Assembly (NCBI RefSeq): GCF_036321535.1 | Contig: NC_087437.1 | Span: 29,080,001-29,144,000 of the forward strand | DNA: 64,000 nt | Origin: Camelus dromedarius | Taxonomy: Eukaryota | Direction of reading: 5' to 3' | Translations under genes and position numbers: made by a program | The notes under the pieces: model-generated | The model's database searches: none | The model's input: only the letters and a program-made list of their open reading frames with translations | Told to the model about the DNA's origin: nothing | Shown here: one piece after another, positions 63,038 to 64,000 of the stretch | Numbering within the stretch: position 1 is the stretch's first letter | How the letters are laid out: each line of letters begins with the position of its first letter

Positions 63038-64000
63038 TGTAACTGAGCAGGACCTATGGGGACTTCCTGGGACAGAGCCCTCCCCATAACCTCTGCTGTA
63101 GCTCTTCTCTGAAGTACTCAGATAATGTACCTCATGCATGTTTCCTGAGTTTTACAGGTGCTAAAAACCACCACCAAATGGAAAAAAATTAACTACTTGT
63201 TTATCATGAGCATGTAGCCCTCAGACCTTCTGGCACCTGTCTTGAGCACCATCAATCAATCAGAGAATTGTGCACAGCTGATCACATACCCTGGGCTGCC
63301 CCTCCCTCCACTGGACTTTAAAAAGGCTCAGCTGAAACTCCTTGGGGAATTCAGAGGCTTTTTTTTTTTTTTTTTCCTGGGCAGTAGCTGCTTGCCCTCC
63401 TTGCTCAGCTCTGCAAAGTCCTGCAATAAACCTTTCTCAGCTCTGAACTCTGATGTTTCAGTTTGTTTGGCCTCACTGTGCGTAGGGCCCAGCCACTGTG
63501 GGTCCATGAGCTAGCTCTCAGTAACAACTTTGATAAAGCCCGCCTAGGAGTCTGTGCCCCGGGGTAAGCTGACCCCCGCCGGGGGCAGCCCCTTTCCTCA
63601 GTCCCAGCAGCTGCCGGGGCTCACTCTGCTCCTGGGAACTGGAAGGGACTCTGACAGGCTCCGGCCGTCCCACAGCGCCAGGCTGTTCGGAGCCCAGGAA
63701 CATCCAGAGCTGCTGTGCCATCAGGCTACTTGGAGCCCAGAAACGTCCGGAGCTGTGGTCCACATTCGGAGTCACCTGGGGTGAGTGGCTCCAGCTTGCT
63801 CAGGCTGGGAAATCTTTCCGCGTCATCTGGGCTCATTCCCTTGTGGGAAAAGAGCTGCTCTGGGCTCACTGTGAGCCACCATGCGTCTGTTCGCTTTCCA
63901 GAGCTGGGCCAGTTTGTTTGGAGGCCTCCGTTTGGGAGTGGAAGTAGAACTGTGGTTCTACACCCCCTCTGATTGTGCAACCATACCTTATTTGTTGTTC
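63038..64000 (+). mobile_element. Second provirus of the same ERV1 family: 5' LTR (63038-63526), PBS and leader, cut by the window end
   Basis: TGTAACTGAGCAGGACC...GTAACA; leader 63531-64000 aligns to ~2059-2475 (e.g. TTTCCAGAGCTGGGCCAGT.TGTTTGGAGGCCTC). Confidence 0.93.

Overview
Mammalian genomic DNA, most likely camelid (inferred from three tRNA-derived vic-1-type SINEs and no recognisable Alu, Bov-tA/BovB, PRE-1 or CanSINE). The only credible protein-coding gene is the intronless small GTPase RAP2B (CDS 37191-37742, +). It sits in a CpG island, followed by a long AT-rich putative 3'UTR. Upstream of the gene are a ~46-bp-periodic run of four p53-like elements (35238-35395), four same-orientation NF-Y CCAAT boxes (35752-35866) and a further p53 site (35962-35981). 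Two same-orientation copies of one ERV1 (gamma-like) family bracket the locus. The first is a complete ~5.2 kb non-autonomous provirus (1601-6797) with both LTRs, an Arg-type PBS, gag-MA and env-TM relics, a PPT and no visible pol. The second starts at 63038 and runs off the window. The remainder is old interspersed repeat (L1, L2, MIR, MaLR, hAT/Tigger MERs), two odd TSD-flanked micro-insertions and two CpG-enriched enhancer-like patches. I found no evidence of a wholly new gene system. The most interesting items are the phased p53/NF-Y module and the ERV architecture. Repeat family names are from recall of consensus sequences, and many boundaries are approximate.
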